From: Carpediemonas membranifera BICM
Taxonomy: Eukaryota > Protista > Fornicata
Assembly (NCBI GenBank): GCA_019828565.1
Contig: JAHDYR010000024.1
Location: 280,834 to 344,833 of the forward strand
Length of the DNA: 64,000 bases
Direction: 5' to 3'
Numbering within the stretch: position 1 is the stretch's first letter; every line of letters starts with the position of its first letter. Of the stretch, positions 12,101-23,618 are shown piece by piece. Below the pieces are notes generated by a model. The model was not told the DNA's origin. It saw only the letters and a program-made list of their open reading frames with translations, and ran no database searches. The position numbers were made by a program, and so were the translations under genes.

Positions 12101-14713
12101 TCACCTTGGACGCAAGCGGTGACCACCCACCATATGCTCTTCTCTCTCTCGCTGGATGCAGTTCCCACAGATGCATAAGCCCCAGTCCAAACCACTGGTT
12201 GCCGTCTTAACCGTGATGATCCGCTCCTTCTCATCAATCTGGAACAGGTCCTGCACATTTTGAGTCTCATTTCGTATGCCAGCAACCCAACCACAAAAGA
12301 TATTCTCCAGGGACATCTGACACTCAGCCTCATCCAACTGAGGAGGGCATGATAGAACTCTTGATCGCCATGTAATACAAGCATTTGCATCAAACAGACA
12401 CTTGTGGAAACAGATAGACTTACACTCCACTGCAATATTCTTCACCTGGCCGTGTTTTCTGGTGCTTCCTCGTCTTGTATGACTGGAAATGATCCGGTTG
12501 ATGCTGATCTTCTGGATAATAAAACCCAGAAGCCAAGCGCGATGCTTCTCTTGCCTAACCTGTGCATTCAACAGAAAATCGCGCTCGAAGTACTCCTCAA
12601 GAAGGAACCTAAGTCCAATACGAAGTTGACTGTGAACTACAGGAAGAACAGACACGACGGCATTCAGGTAGAGAGATCCAGTAAACTTGGGTTGATATGT
12701 CAACCGGTACTCGTCGGAACGAGTCGCCTTGTTCTTATCGCGCTTACTGTGGAGCGTGAGTTGATGGAAGAACATAAACGCTGCAAGGGATGCTGCATGA
12801 TGAAATGCGATTGTGGCATCGGTGACGTGATCCGATGAGTAATAAAGGGCCTGAAGCTTTCCAATCAGGAAAATAAATGAGCGAAGGGTGCTGTCAAATC
12901 CATCAATGTGATCATTCACGAGAGTGGCCAGCTTCCGCCGATTCCAACTCTGCTCGTTGCAACCCGTGGTCCTCTTAAAGTCGGCCTCAATCTTGTCTAA
13001 TGTGTAAACATTGGAACCTGCACAGCTTTTCTTGATCAATCCAAGGACAATCCAAAGATCCTTCATCAAATAATGGCTTATATGCATGACTGGCGGAATA
13101 AGCAAGGTCCCCGCGAACATTGGCTGGATTTCATGGATACCACTAGACGTCAGGCGACTGAAACAACACATATCGATATTGCGTCCGTCTGCCTGCCCAA
13201 AACGCTGTGTGTCAGGGGTAAGCCCGTTGAAACGCAAGCTGACAGTGTCGCGTAGTGTCAAACGATTACACCTGTCCTTAAATGGATCGGTTGCGACGTA
13301 GAACATGTTAAGAGAGGAGAATGGTGAGCGGTAATAGCCACCCCGCTTCACACCTGAGACAATTTGAAGAGCCTTGTGATCACCGCTAAGACCAAGGAGT
13401 CGCACGATGATTCTACTAGCTGGCCTGTAGTGACTCACGCCAGAAGGAAGCGGCACATCAACCAATGAGCGAAGCAGGCGCTCGATCGTGCCAAAGAAAT
13501 CCGGTAAGAACTTCTCAGACCCTTGATACATGAGAAGAGTCATGGGAGGAGTTATTCGCTGTGGTAGAACACACCCTGTCCTGTCAAATAGTCTGAACTT
13601 CACTGCCGTAGCATCAGCTCGATATCCATCAAACCAGACGATCAAATCTATCGTTTGCTCTCTGGAATCATCGGCAACAACAGAGCCCATCAAAGCCTTT
13701 TTGTAAGCCTTAATATCGCGTTCAATCCGTGAAGGATGCTGCAGGCAAAACTTAACAAGCGCGAGTGGGTCATAAGTCACAGATTTGACAACAATGCGCT
13801 CTTTTCTGGCACAGATATCAACAGCTGAAAACTTCAAATCCGTACAGATCTCCTTTGCCCGACTGAGTGTCTCTGCATTCTCGTGGCAGACGAACACTCG
13901 ACCAGCGCCATTTCCAAGCTTCTCGTGGTGATACACATAGGCGCACTCAAGGTGCTGCAATCTCATGTAGAGATCAGGCAGCCGGGCGCTGTCATCTTCA
14001 TTGTCAGAAACTTTCACAGGTACGTAGAACACATTCGTGACGGAAACTGCCTGTGAGAATCCGGCAGCACAGTTCATCTGCAGTGACTGTGTCGTAACAC
14101 CATCATGACCAGTCACATCCTTGTGCTCAGGCGTGAATGCCATCATATCATGGATGAGCGTGGGCGTGCGCTGTAACACACACTTCATTTCATCTCTTGA
14201 AACTATGTCATATCCCAAGCTATCAAGACTCTGGACAGCAGGTGGTGTATAGGCTTCAAGGGCCGTCCTCAACCCCATGTTATCTGCCAAGTCAAGGAAC
14301 ACCTTTCTGAGGCGAGAAAACTTATTGATGCCAAGATCGACGGCCAAAATCGTTGACATCGCCTTGTACAGTGGGAGCGCTTCGTCCCTGATATCCCTTC
14401 GCGTCACACGCACATGATGGTTGCTAGCTCGTTGCGCGTGTAGTTTTTGCCAATCCTCATCAACAATCGCCTTTCGAAGCGGCATTTCTACGCCCTTTGT
14501 CGCTCTAGCTGTACGCGACAAGAACTGAATCAGACAACGCTTGCATTGTTCTTTGGAGTCACAAGTGAACGCGCGTATGAGTGTTTGTAGGGTCACTAAC
14601 GACCTTAATGACGAGTTAGGACGTGTGGCAGGGCCGTGCGCTGCCGGAATACACAGGGCAGATTCGCCCCGTTGATTCCAGAAGCTCGCCGCTCTTCCAC
14701 GCACGATAGTCAA
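12101..14713 (-). CDS. Putative DDE transposase, Chapaev/CMC/Transib-related
   Basis: 870-aa ORF (first ATG at 14485). Ordered motifs IVWFDG, LSGDHKALQIVSGVKRGGYY, LLIPPVMHISHYLMK and LLEEYFERDF resemble Chapaev-type GDLK...LG.Q.G, LLPPLHIKLGLMK and DE.GERFH. Lies 1.2 kb inside the left TIR. Confidence 0.7.
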   Translation of the reverse strand: MTIVRGRAASFWNQRGESALCIPAAHGPATRPNSSLRSLVTLQTLIRAFTCDSKEQCKRCLIQFLSRTARATKGVEMPLRKAIVDEDWQKLHAQRASNHHVRVTRRDIRDEALPLYKAMSTILAVDLGINKFSRLRKVFLDLADNMGLRTALEAYTPPAVQSLDSLGYDIVSRDEMKCVLQRTPTLIHDMMAFTPEHKDVTGHDGVTTQSLQMNCAAGFSQAVSVTNVFYVPVKVSDNEDDSARLPDLYMRLQHLECAYVYHHEKLGNGAGRVFVCHENAETLSRAKEICTDLKFSAVDICARKERIVVKSVTYDPLALVKFCLQHPSRIERDIKAYKKALMGSVVADDSREQTIDLIVWFDGYRADATAVKFRLFDRTGCVLPQRITPPMTLLMYQGSEKFLPDFFGTIERLLRSLVDVPLPSGVSHYRPASRIIVRLLGLSGDHKALQIVSGVKRGGYYRSPFSSLNMFYVATDPFKDRCNRLTLRDTVSLRFNGLTPDTQRFGQADGRNIDMCCFSRLTSSGIHEIQPMFAGTLLIPPVMHISHYLMKDLWIVLGLIKKSCAGSNVYTLDKIEADFKRTTGCNEQSWNRRKLATLVNDHIDGFDSTLRSFIFLIGKLQALYYSSDHVTDATIAFHHAASLAAFMFFHQLTLHSKRDKNKATRSDEYRLTYQPKFTGSLYLNAVVSVLPVVHSQLRIGLRFLLEEYFERDFLLNAQVRQEKHRAWLLGFIIQKISINRIISSHTRRGSTRKHGQVKNIAVECKSICFHKCLFDANACITWRSRVLSCPPQLDEAECQMSLENIFCGWVAGIRNETQNVQDLFQIDEKERIITVKTATSGLDWGLCICGNCIQREREEHMVGGHRLRPR

Positions 14714-15314
14714 TACAGGGATAGATACACATCTGGACCTCTTTTATACAGCCAACCAGGCTCCGCATAAACTGCGCATTTCAGATGACGCCCGATGAAG
14801 AAAACACACGAGCGACGCCGGTATCGCCGGCGAAACGTATAGCATTAACGATTGAAGGGATAGAATTGGAGCTAGACGTTGTTTATGGGATTCAACGAGC
14901 GCACTTCATTGATTCTCGCATTGATGGTGAATTAGAGCAGATGAAGCGCTGCACGGCAAGGATCAAGACATTTTGTTCATACTACATAGCAAATTACAAC
15001 GAGTTTTCGATGTGAATAGATCTGTAAATAGAGAGAAACCTGTAGCAGCCGATAAACACTGTCAGTCAACAGCCCAACCGAAGACACGCCAAAACACAAG
15101 CACAAGTCAGTTTTACTCAGTTTGATTCCCGCAATTGCAGAGTAGTTCTCATGGCAGTCTTTGCAGAGATTGCAGAGATGATGGGGTGGAGACACTCGAT
15201 ATTTGCATTTGTAGATGAGTTGGAGATAAATGTAGTCACTGACGCTAATCACCTTTTTGCAATGACACGGATGACGGAGTTCGTCATTCAATCTCGTTGC
15301 GAGCCATAAAGTGC

Positions 15315-15974
15315 ACCACGCGGCGCCCAACGATCCTCGATCTCAACCCGGAGATCCGAAGCTCTGCCGACCTGGTGCCGCCGACGCTCGATAACTGGCT
15401 TTACAACAAGCTCAGGATTAGGATGGTCCAGCTCCACGACCAGCGTAAGTCCGAGGGGGGCGACACGGGGGAGGGTGAGTCTGACGATGAGGCGCTGTTT
15501 GACGAGACAGCTGGCGAGGCAGAGATGCCGGAGACCGCAGTGGAGGGCGAGTTTGACGATGAGGCCGGGTTGGAGATGCTGGAAGGAGAGTGGGAGGATG
15601 AGGAGAGTTCAGACAGCGATGCCGAGGATAGCCTCGTCGACAACCTGTCATTTGTTCTGTCACAACAGGTTGAGTGTGATATGTCTGAGAGAGATACCGA
15701 TGAGGGTGTCCGTAGCGGGGCCAATGGAAGTGGGCTCGCTCCGCTCTATGACTCAATGAAGACCAGGGTGCCCAGCAGACGCATTCGCCTTCGCCGCTAT
15801 CACGAGAGCGAGTCAGACTTGGGCAGCAGCAGCGACAGCGAGGACGGGATGCCGAAGCTGCCCGATGAGGCCTTTCAGCACATCCGTGATGCCGGAATGA
15901 CAACTGTGAGGCTGACGAGGGCCGAGTATGACGACGTGATGGAGAAGAGAGAGCAGGAAAAGCATCAGAAGTAA
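15315..15974 (+). pseudogene. 5'-truncated paralog of the acidic C-terminal half of 42852..44075
   Basis: TTRRPTILDLNPEIRSSADLVPPTLDNWLYN is identical to 43578ff; homology begins right at a TAAAGTGC motif; acidic tail. Confidence 0.6.
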
Positions 15975-16056
15975 ATGAACGAAGTAAATATGTCGTGGGA
16001 ATGACTCAAACACTGACTAAGCCATCGAATTGGCGCAGCTGACCCCATATTGTTGT

Positions 16057-16486
16057 TAAATGACCACAAAGCATTCGCTTATGCACAATTAGCTGCCAGA
16101 AAGAACACTACCGTTACTTTGGATCATTCCAGTTCGCCGGAGATGACGCAGGTCCAGAACGCTGCCTTGGAGGGCTGGTGAAGCGGTAGTGTAGCGCTTA
16201 CTCGCCAAGCGGGCGATGGTCTCGACGGGACGGTTGACGGTCTTAAGGTGGCCCTGCTCTTCGACGTACCAGGCGGACATGCCGATGACGGAGCGGCGCT
16301 GACCCTGGCGGACGTTATCCTCGCCCTGGGTGAAGCTGTTCTTGCCGAAGTACACGTGGATACCGATGGTGAGGCAGGGCTGTAGCATGGAGGCCGAGAA
16401 ACCATAAACTGCACGGATCCACAAACGTGGATTGGCCTGAACGACAGCGCTGATGCCCAGACAGGCATATATACATTCATTTATTC
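16057..16486 (-). repeat. Dispersed ~430-bp module with a short ORF resembling a hAT-type transposase fragment
   Basis: Copies at 45940..46371 and 49373..49804; partial copies at 18921 and 21617. Peptide CLTIGIDVY...RSVIGMSAWYVEEQG. Confidence 0.8.
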
Positions 16487-16877
16487 ATCTGTGAGGTAGA
16501 CAGAGACGCCCCTATCCTTTCGAGTCGATACCTTCCCAGGCAGTCGGCCGTAAAGTGCACAATTTTGCGATCGCTGTCGCAAACGAAATCCGTGGAATGA
16601 TCAGTTACAGTAATATTCAGGGGATTGTTGTTCTATGCGTGCTGCACATTTAACGTTGTCTGCTCTAGAGCCACTACCAGCTTCTCCCTCCTTTGTAATC
16701 AACATCATTATTCATGCTCAGCCATATGGACGATAATACCGGGAATACAAGACGATTTAGTACTACGTGAAGCTTATAATGACATTAGCAAGCTTGTGTA
16801 CACAGAAACAATTAATATCAACATCAGGAAGGCAAGAAGAAGATTGCCTATGAGAACGCCAGGGAGAGATAGAGAGA

Positions 16878-17557
16878 GACAATTTTGTGATAGTAATCGA
16901 TGATAGCGCCAGTACCTGGGGGGAGCAGGGGCGTACCTTCTCCCGCGGGGGTCTCCAACCATTCCAGGGCGATGATGTACTCTTCGAAGTACGAGCGGCA
17001 GGAGTGCTTCATGTAAGCAAGGTCTGCCTCCTTGCTGCGCACCCTGGCAACCATTGCTGTGACATGGTCGCGCACAAGCGCGTTGGTGGATGTCGCGTTG
17101 CGCCACGCCCGAACCTTGACACTCAGCGCCTCTTTTTCGATACGCGCGCCCTCATTCTCCTTGGCATACTCAGCCCTCTTGGAGTTCTTGAAGGCTGTGA
17201 CAGCGGCCGACTCAAACGCCTTCATCTCCTTCTCCGTGAAGGTTGCCTCGATGTTCTCGTTCGAGGTCTTATCCTGCACCTGCTGAGACAGCAATGCCTC
17301 GAGTTCTGCCTTCTTCTCGCCCTGAATCTCGAAATATGAGCACAGGTGGTTGAAGTTGATCCCTATATAAACATTTGCACCAATTACGTACCGTTCTTGA
17401 CGACTATATCGAAGATATCGTTCTCGTCGAGCAATTTGTCCCGAAGAACGGCACTCTTCGCCTTGTTTGTCTTCTTCTCCTTGAATTCGGTGATAACGGC
17501 CTCAATCACATCATCTGAGGTGCTCTCGATCCACTCGTGAAGGAATTCGAACGTCAT
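16878..17557 (-). pseudogene. 3'-truncated copy of the OTU-like gene (also 19574..20253)
   Basis: 16878..18215 is nearly identical to 41057..42394 but lacks the OTU half of the gene. Confidence 0.8.
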
Positions 17558-18629
17558 TCTTCTCTTCGTTATATCCCAATAATGGACATATAACAGAGAT
17601 GAGAAAATTGCCAGTAACCGTAGGCAACGGGGTGTCGGAAACGTTATACCATACAAACGGGGGATATAATCGCTCCGAAAACATCCATTATGTGGACTGA
17701 ATGGCGATATAACGTATGGGGAGTGATCCGGCGAGCTTTCGGGCGGTGCAGGCTAAGACACACCAAGTCTGTGGTGCTATAACGTACCTCGGGACGCACT
17801 GTGGAGGCCCCTAGAGTACTCGGTCATGGCATGTCAGACCAAGGGTCCCTCAAATCTGGCCCCATTCAGGATGCTCCCCCTAAATGTTCCGTTGCAAGCG
17901 TCTGACGGAGGTTCTCTGGATACCGACCAAGATTGAGGTCACGTGGATCAACGGACGATAATTGCGGTATTCTGGCCATGCCTGGTACTCTTAAAACAAC
18001 TGTACTGCTCTGTGCTCCATTTATAGTTCATATCGTTTCGTCCTGATGGACTTATGATTGTTGATGTTGTTTAGGGATTATTGTTGCTTTAATGATGCTC
18101 TGCGCCCGCTTACTGATGATTCTTAATGTTGTGCACATGCCTACTACGTTAAAGCCGCCAGTATTCTTTCTATTCTTAAGTTCGCCATTTCAATCTCGTT
18201 GCGAGCATAAAGTGCACATTGTGAAAGGAAAATGGGTGGTTATCTAATGGATACAGGGCAGGACAAGGTACACAAATGCCGTCCTGAGGTTTGGCATGGG
18301 ATACTGATCTCATACGTCTAAAATGGGCGGTTGGACCCGAATTTCAGAATTTCGGCATGTCCGAATTCCGAGGCAAGCGGGTAGGGTGTACAAAACCTGG
18401 CCTGGGTACCTATTAGAGCGAATAGAGAATGGCAACACCATGGATTCGGGTTTCAGAATAATAATTGCATTTGGATCGCCATTTCAGAATTACTTCCAGC
18501 ACCGGAGATTATCATTAAATCTGGGAGTGTAACAACACTTTTAAAAAATGAAAGGTCCCCATTCACCCACTCAGGCCCTAGATCACGTATCTGAGCTCAG
18601 TTTGGGTCAATTCCCAATACTTTAGAATT

Positions 18630-18932
18630 TTGTATGGTCGAAATTCTGAAATAGCAATCCAAATTGAAGCAGCAAAAACTCATCCCATGGAGGCTGTAGC
18701 GGCAATAGACGAAGATATCATGAAGCGTTGGTTGAAGAATGTTCCAACCAAATCGCGTACGAACTACAACAAGCTTCTGAAAGACGTTTTGGCCAGAATT
18801 TGTCAGGAAACCGCCACAGATATCCAGAAGGGCATCGAGATTGTCCGTAGTGACGAGCTGGTAACCCATTTGCGCCGGTACCTCGCTGAGAAGCCTCTGG
18901 GGACGCAGAAGAAGATCGTTCGGGACGGTTGA
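18630..18932 (+). pseudogene. Truncated N-terminus of a tyrosine-recombinase-like protein (also 21326..21628)
   Basis: MEA...WL...KSRTNYNKLL...IVRSDE aligns by eye with 42852..44075; cut at the tandem junction. Confidence 0.55.
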
Positions 18933-21900
18933 CGGTCTCAAGGTGGCCCTGCTCTTCGACGTACCAGGCGGACATGCCGATGACGGAGCGGCGCTGACCC
19001 TGGCGGACGTTATCTTCGCCCTGGGTGAAGCTGTTCTTGCCGAAGTACACGTGGATACCGATGGTGAGGCAGGGCTGTAGCATGGAGGCCGAGAAACCAT
19101 AAACTGCACGGATCCACAAACGTGGATTGGCCTGAACGACAGCGCTGATGCCCAGACAGGCATATATACATTCATTTATTCATCTGTGAGGTAGACAGAG
19201 ACGCCCCCTATCCTTTCGAGTCGATACCTTCCCAGGCAGTCGGCCGTAAAGTGCACAATTTTGCGATCGCTGTCGCAAACGAAATCCGTGGAATGATCAG
19301 TTACAGTAATATTCAGGGGATTGTTGTTCTATGCGTGCTGCACATTTAACGTTGTCTGCTCTAGAGCCACTACCAGCTTCTCCCTCCTTTGTAATCAACA
19401 TCATTATTCATGCTCAGCCATATGGACGATAATACCGGGAATACAAGACGATTTAGTACTACGTGAAGCTTATAATGACATTAGCAAGCTTGTGTACACA
19501 GAAACAATTAATATCAACATCAGGAAGGCAAGAAGAAGATTGCCTATGAGAACGCCAGGGAGAGATAGAGAGAGACAATTTTGTGATAGTAATCGATGAT
19601 AGCGCCAGTACCTGGGGGGAGCAGGGGCGTACCTTCTCCCGCGGGGGTCTCCAACCATTCCAGGGCGATGATGTACTCTTCGAAGTACGAGCGGCAGGAG
19701 TGCTTCATGTAAGCAAGGTCTGCCTCCTTGCTGCGCACCCTGGCAACCATTGCTGTGACATGGTCGCGCACAAGCGCGTTGGTGGATGTCGCGTTGCGCC
19801 ACGCCCGAACCTTGACACTCAGCGCCTCTTTTTCGATACGCGCGCCCTCATTCTCCTTGGCATACTCAGCCCTCTTGGAGTTCTTGAAGGCTGTGACAGC
19901 GGCCGACTCAAACGCCTTCATCTCCTTCTCCGTGAAGGTTGCCTCGATGTTCTCGTTCGAGGTCTTATCCTGCACCTGCTGAGACAGCAATGCCTCGAGT
20001 TCTGCCTTCTTCTCGCCCTGAATCTCGAAATATGAGCACAGGTGGTTGAAGTTGATCCCTATATAAACATTTGCACCAATTACGTACCGTTCTTGACGAC
20101 TATATCGAAGATATCGTTCTCGTCGAGCAATTTGTCCCGAAGAACGGCACTCTTCGCCTTGTTTGTCTTCTTCTCCTTGAATTCGGTGATAACGGCCTCA
20201 ATCACATCATCTGAGGTGCTCTCGATCCACTCGTGAAGGAATTCGAACGTCATTCTTCTCTTCGTTATATCCCAATAATGGACATATAACAGAGATGAGA
20301 AAATTGCCAGTAACCGTAGGCAACGGGGTGTCGGAAACGTTATACCATACAAACGGGGGATATAATCGCTCCGAAAACATCCATTATGTGGACTGAATGG
20401 CGATATAACGTATGGGGAGTGATCCGGCGAGCTTTCGGGCGGTGCAGGCTAAGACACACCAAGTCTGTGGTGCTATAACGTACCTCGGGACGCACTGTGG
20501 AGGCCCCTAGAGTACTCGGTCATGGCATGTCAGACCAAGGGTCCCTCAAATCTGGCCCCATTCAGGATGCTCCCCCTAAATGTTCCGTTGCAAGCGTCTG
20601 ACGGAGGTTCTCTGGATACCGACCAAGATTGAGGTCACGTGGATCAACGGACGATAATTGCGGTATTCTGGCCATGCCTGGTACTCTTAAAACAACTGTA
20701 CTGCTCTGTGCTCCATTTATAGTTCATATCGTTTCGTCCTGATGGACTTATGATTGTTGATGTTGTTTAGGGATTATTGTTGCTTTAATGATGCTCTGCG
20801 CCCGCTTACTGATGATTCTTAATGTTGTGCACATGCCTACTACGTTAAAGCCGCCAGTATTCTTTCTATTCTTAAGTTCGCCATTTCAATCTCGTTGCGA
20901 GCATAAAGTGCACATTGTGAAAGGAAAATGGGTGGTTATCTAATGGATACAGGGCAGGACAAGGTACACAAATGCCGTCCTGAGGTTTGGCATGGGATAC
21001 TGATCTCATACGTCTAAAATGGGCGGTTGGACCCGAATTTCAGAATTTCGGCATGTCCGAATTCCGAGGCAAGCGGGTAGGGTGTACAAAACCTGGCCTG
21101 GGTACCTATTAGAGCGAATAGAGAATGGCAACACCATGGATTCGGGTTTCAGAATAATAATTGCATTTGGATCGCCATTTCAGAATTACTTCCAGCACCG
21201 GAGATTATCATTAAATCTGGGAGTGTAACAACACTTTTAAAAAATGAAAGGTCCCCATTCACCCACTCAGGCCCTAGATCACGTATCTGAGCTCAGTTTG
21301 GGTCAATTCCCAATACTTTAGAATTTTGTATGGTCGAAATTCTGAAATAGCAATCCAAATTGAAGCAGCAAAAACTCATCCCATGGAGGCTGTAGCGGCA
21401 ATAGACGAAGATATCATGAAGCGTTGGTTGAAGAATGTTCCAACCAAATCGCGTACGAACTACAACAAGCTTCTGAAAGACGTTTTGGCCAGAATTTGTC
21501 AGGAAACCGCCACAGATATCCAGAAGGGCATCGAGATTGTCCGTAGTGACGAGCTGGTAACCCATTTGCGCCGGTACCTCGCTGAGAAGCCTCTGGGGAC
21601 GCAGAAGAAGATCGTTCGGGACGGTTGACGGTCTCAAGGTGGCCCTGCTCTTCGACGTACCAGGCGGACATGCCGATGACGGAGCGGCGCTGACCCTGGC
21701 GGACGTTATCTTCGCCCTGGGTGAAGCTGTTCTTGCCGAAGTACACGTGGATACCGATGGTGAGGCAGGGCTGTAGCATGGAGGCCGAGAAACCATAAAC
21801 TGCACGGATCCACAAACGTGGATTGGCCTGAACGACAGCGCTGATGCCCAGACAGGCATATATACATTCATTTATTCATCTGTGAGGTAGACAGAGACGC

Positions 21901-22666
21901 CCCTATCCTTTCGAGTCGATACCTTCCCAGGCAGTCGGCCGTAAAGTGCACAATTTTGCGATCGCTGTCGCAAACGAAATCCGTGGAATGATCAGTTACA
22001 GTAATATTCAGGGGATTGTTGTTCTATGCGTGCTGCACATTTAACGTTGTCTGCTCTAGAGCCACTACCAGCTTCTCCCTCCTTTGTAATCAACATCATT
22101 ATTCATGCTCAGCCATATGGACGATAATACCGGGAATACAAGACGATTTAGTACTACGTGAAGCTTATAATGACATTAGCAAGCTTGTGTACACAGAAAC
22201 AATTAATATCAACATCAGGAAGGCAAGAAGAAGATTGCCTATGAGAACGCCAGGGAGAGAACGCCGTGGAAGAATAGTGGTCCAGACGTAGTGATCAGGG
22301 GTGGCGCACGGGGGAGAGTGCCATGGAGAGAGCGGCGGGGGCAGACCGATTGCCTGTCGGAGACCAGCGGATTGAGATCGAGCCATAAAGTGCACCAATA
22401 GTGGGAACCGACTTCCCACTATTTTCTCAGTGCCAATGAGCTATAGAGCTTTAGTGAGGATATAAGCTTGCATAATAACACATCAATAGCGTCTGACGGC
22501 CGCTATGGCCCATGATACTCAACAACAACATCAAACGAGGCAAAGGAACCACGAAACCACACAAGGAACGAGCTAGAAGAAACGATAGGAACTTTAATTG
22601 CATAAGCAACATCAATACTGCCACCAGCTGTCCATTGGATTCCAGAAATAGCCATTGTCTCTTCTG

Positions 22667-22940
22667 GAACGTCCGGGAGAGAGCCCGGGGGAGAGAGCCC
22701 CAGGAGAAGAGAGCCCGGGGGAACGTCCAGGAGAGAGCCCGGGGGAGAGCCCGGGGGAGAGAGCCCCAGGAGAAGAGAGCCCGGGGGAACGTCCAGGAGA
22801 GAGCCCGGGGGAGAGCACGGGGGAGAGAGCCCCAGGAGAAGAGAGCCCGGGGGAACGTCCAGGAGAGAGCCCGGGGGAGAGCACGGGAGAAGAGAGCCCC
22901 AGGAGAAGAGAGCCCGGGGAGAAGAGCCCGGGGGAGAGAG
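22667..22940 (+). repeat. G/A-rich minisatellite (GAGAGCCCGGGG / GGAACGTCCAGGA, ~66-bp higher-order unit)
   Basis: Direct reading; a short inverted remnant lies at 51574..51631. Confidence 0.92.
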
Positions 22941-22947
22941 GATATTG

Positions 22948-23036
22948 GGGCCCCGAAAACGCCAGCACCAGCGCAAGTAAGCTATTTTATTGCAAAACAC
23001 TCTACTTGCGCTGGTACTACAGCGTTTTCGGGGCCC
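22948..23036 (+). other. Long imperfect hairpin 1
   Basis: GGGCCCCGAAAACGC...ACCAGCGCAAGTA / TACTTGCGCTGGT...GCGTTTTCGGGGCCC. Confidence 0.85.
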
Positions 23037-23203
23037 TTTGCCCATCTTTCGTCGTCTGATTTTTTTCGTGCAGAATTCAAACGAGTGCCGCCTGGCAGAG
23101 GCTGAGCAGCGGAGCTAGGCACCTGCGGCACCACTCGTCTGGCCCAGCTCCCGGGTATGCTCCAGAAAATTCAGGTGCAGATTTGGGAGCAGAAATGTCG
23201 ACG

Positions 23204-23290
23204 AACCCCGAAAACGCCATAACCGGCACCAGTGAGCGCATCTTCGTTGATGAAGCTCATTGGTGCTGGTAATATGGCGTTTTCGGGGTT
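23204..23290 (+). other. Long imperfect hairpin 2 (paralog of hairpin 1)
   Basis: AACCCCGAAAACGCCATA-ACCGGCACCAGTGAGC / GCTCATTGGTGCTGGT-AA-TATGGCGTTTTCGGGGTT. Confidence 0.85.
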
Positions 23291-23302
23291 CTAATACTGT
23301 AC

Positions 23303-23618
23303 CCCTCATCTCTGGCGCCTCATCCTGGCGCCTCATCCCTGGCGCCCTCATCCTGGCGCCTCATCCCTGGCGCCTCATCTCTGGCGCCTCATCCCTGGCG
23401 CCCTCATCTCTGGCGCCTCATCCCTGGCGCCTCATCTCTGGCGCCTCATCCTGGCGCCTCATCCCTGGCGCCCTCATCCTGGCGCCTCATCTCTGGCGCC
23501 TCATCCCTGGCGCCTCATCTCTGGCGCCTCATCCCTGGCGCCTCATCCCTGGCGCCTCATCTCTGGCGCCCTCATCCTGGCGCCTCATCCATGGCGCCTC
23601 ATCTCTGGCGCCCTCATC
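23303..23618 (+). repeat. Minisatellite (CTGGCGCCTCATC(C/T))n, 13-15-bp unit, ~22 copies
   Basis: Direct reading. Confidence 0.95.

Larger units (their letters stand above)
16226..22260. repeat. Tandem duplication, ~2696-bp unit x ~2.25
   Basis: Units start at 16226, 18921 and 21617 (CGGGACGGTTGACGG); nearly identical ORF sets. Confidence 0.92.

Noticed and set aside
14977-15330. Cys-rich ORF as an N-terminal Chapa-like zinc-finger exon of the transposase
   Set aside because: Plausible, but I could not define a consistent splice path, so it is left uncalled.
22667-23618. CRISPR-like array
   Set aside because: Contiguous minisatellite units with no unique spacers and no cas genes; eukaryotic context.
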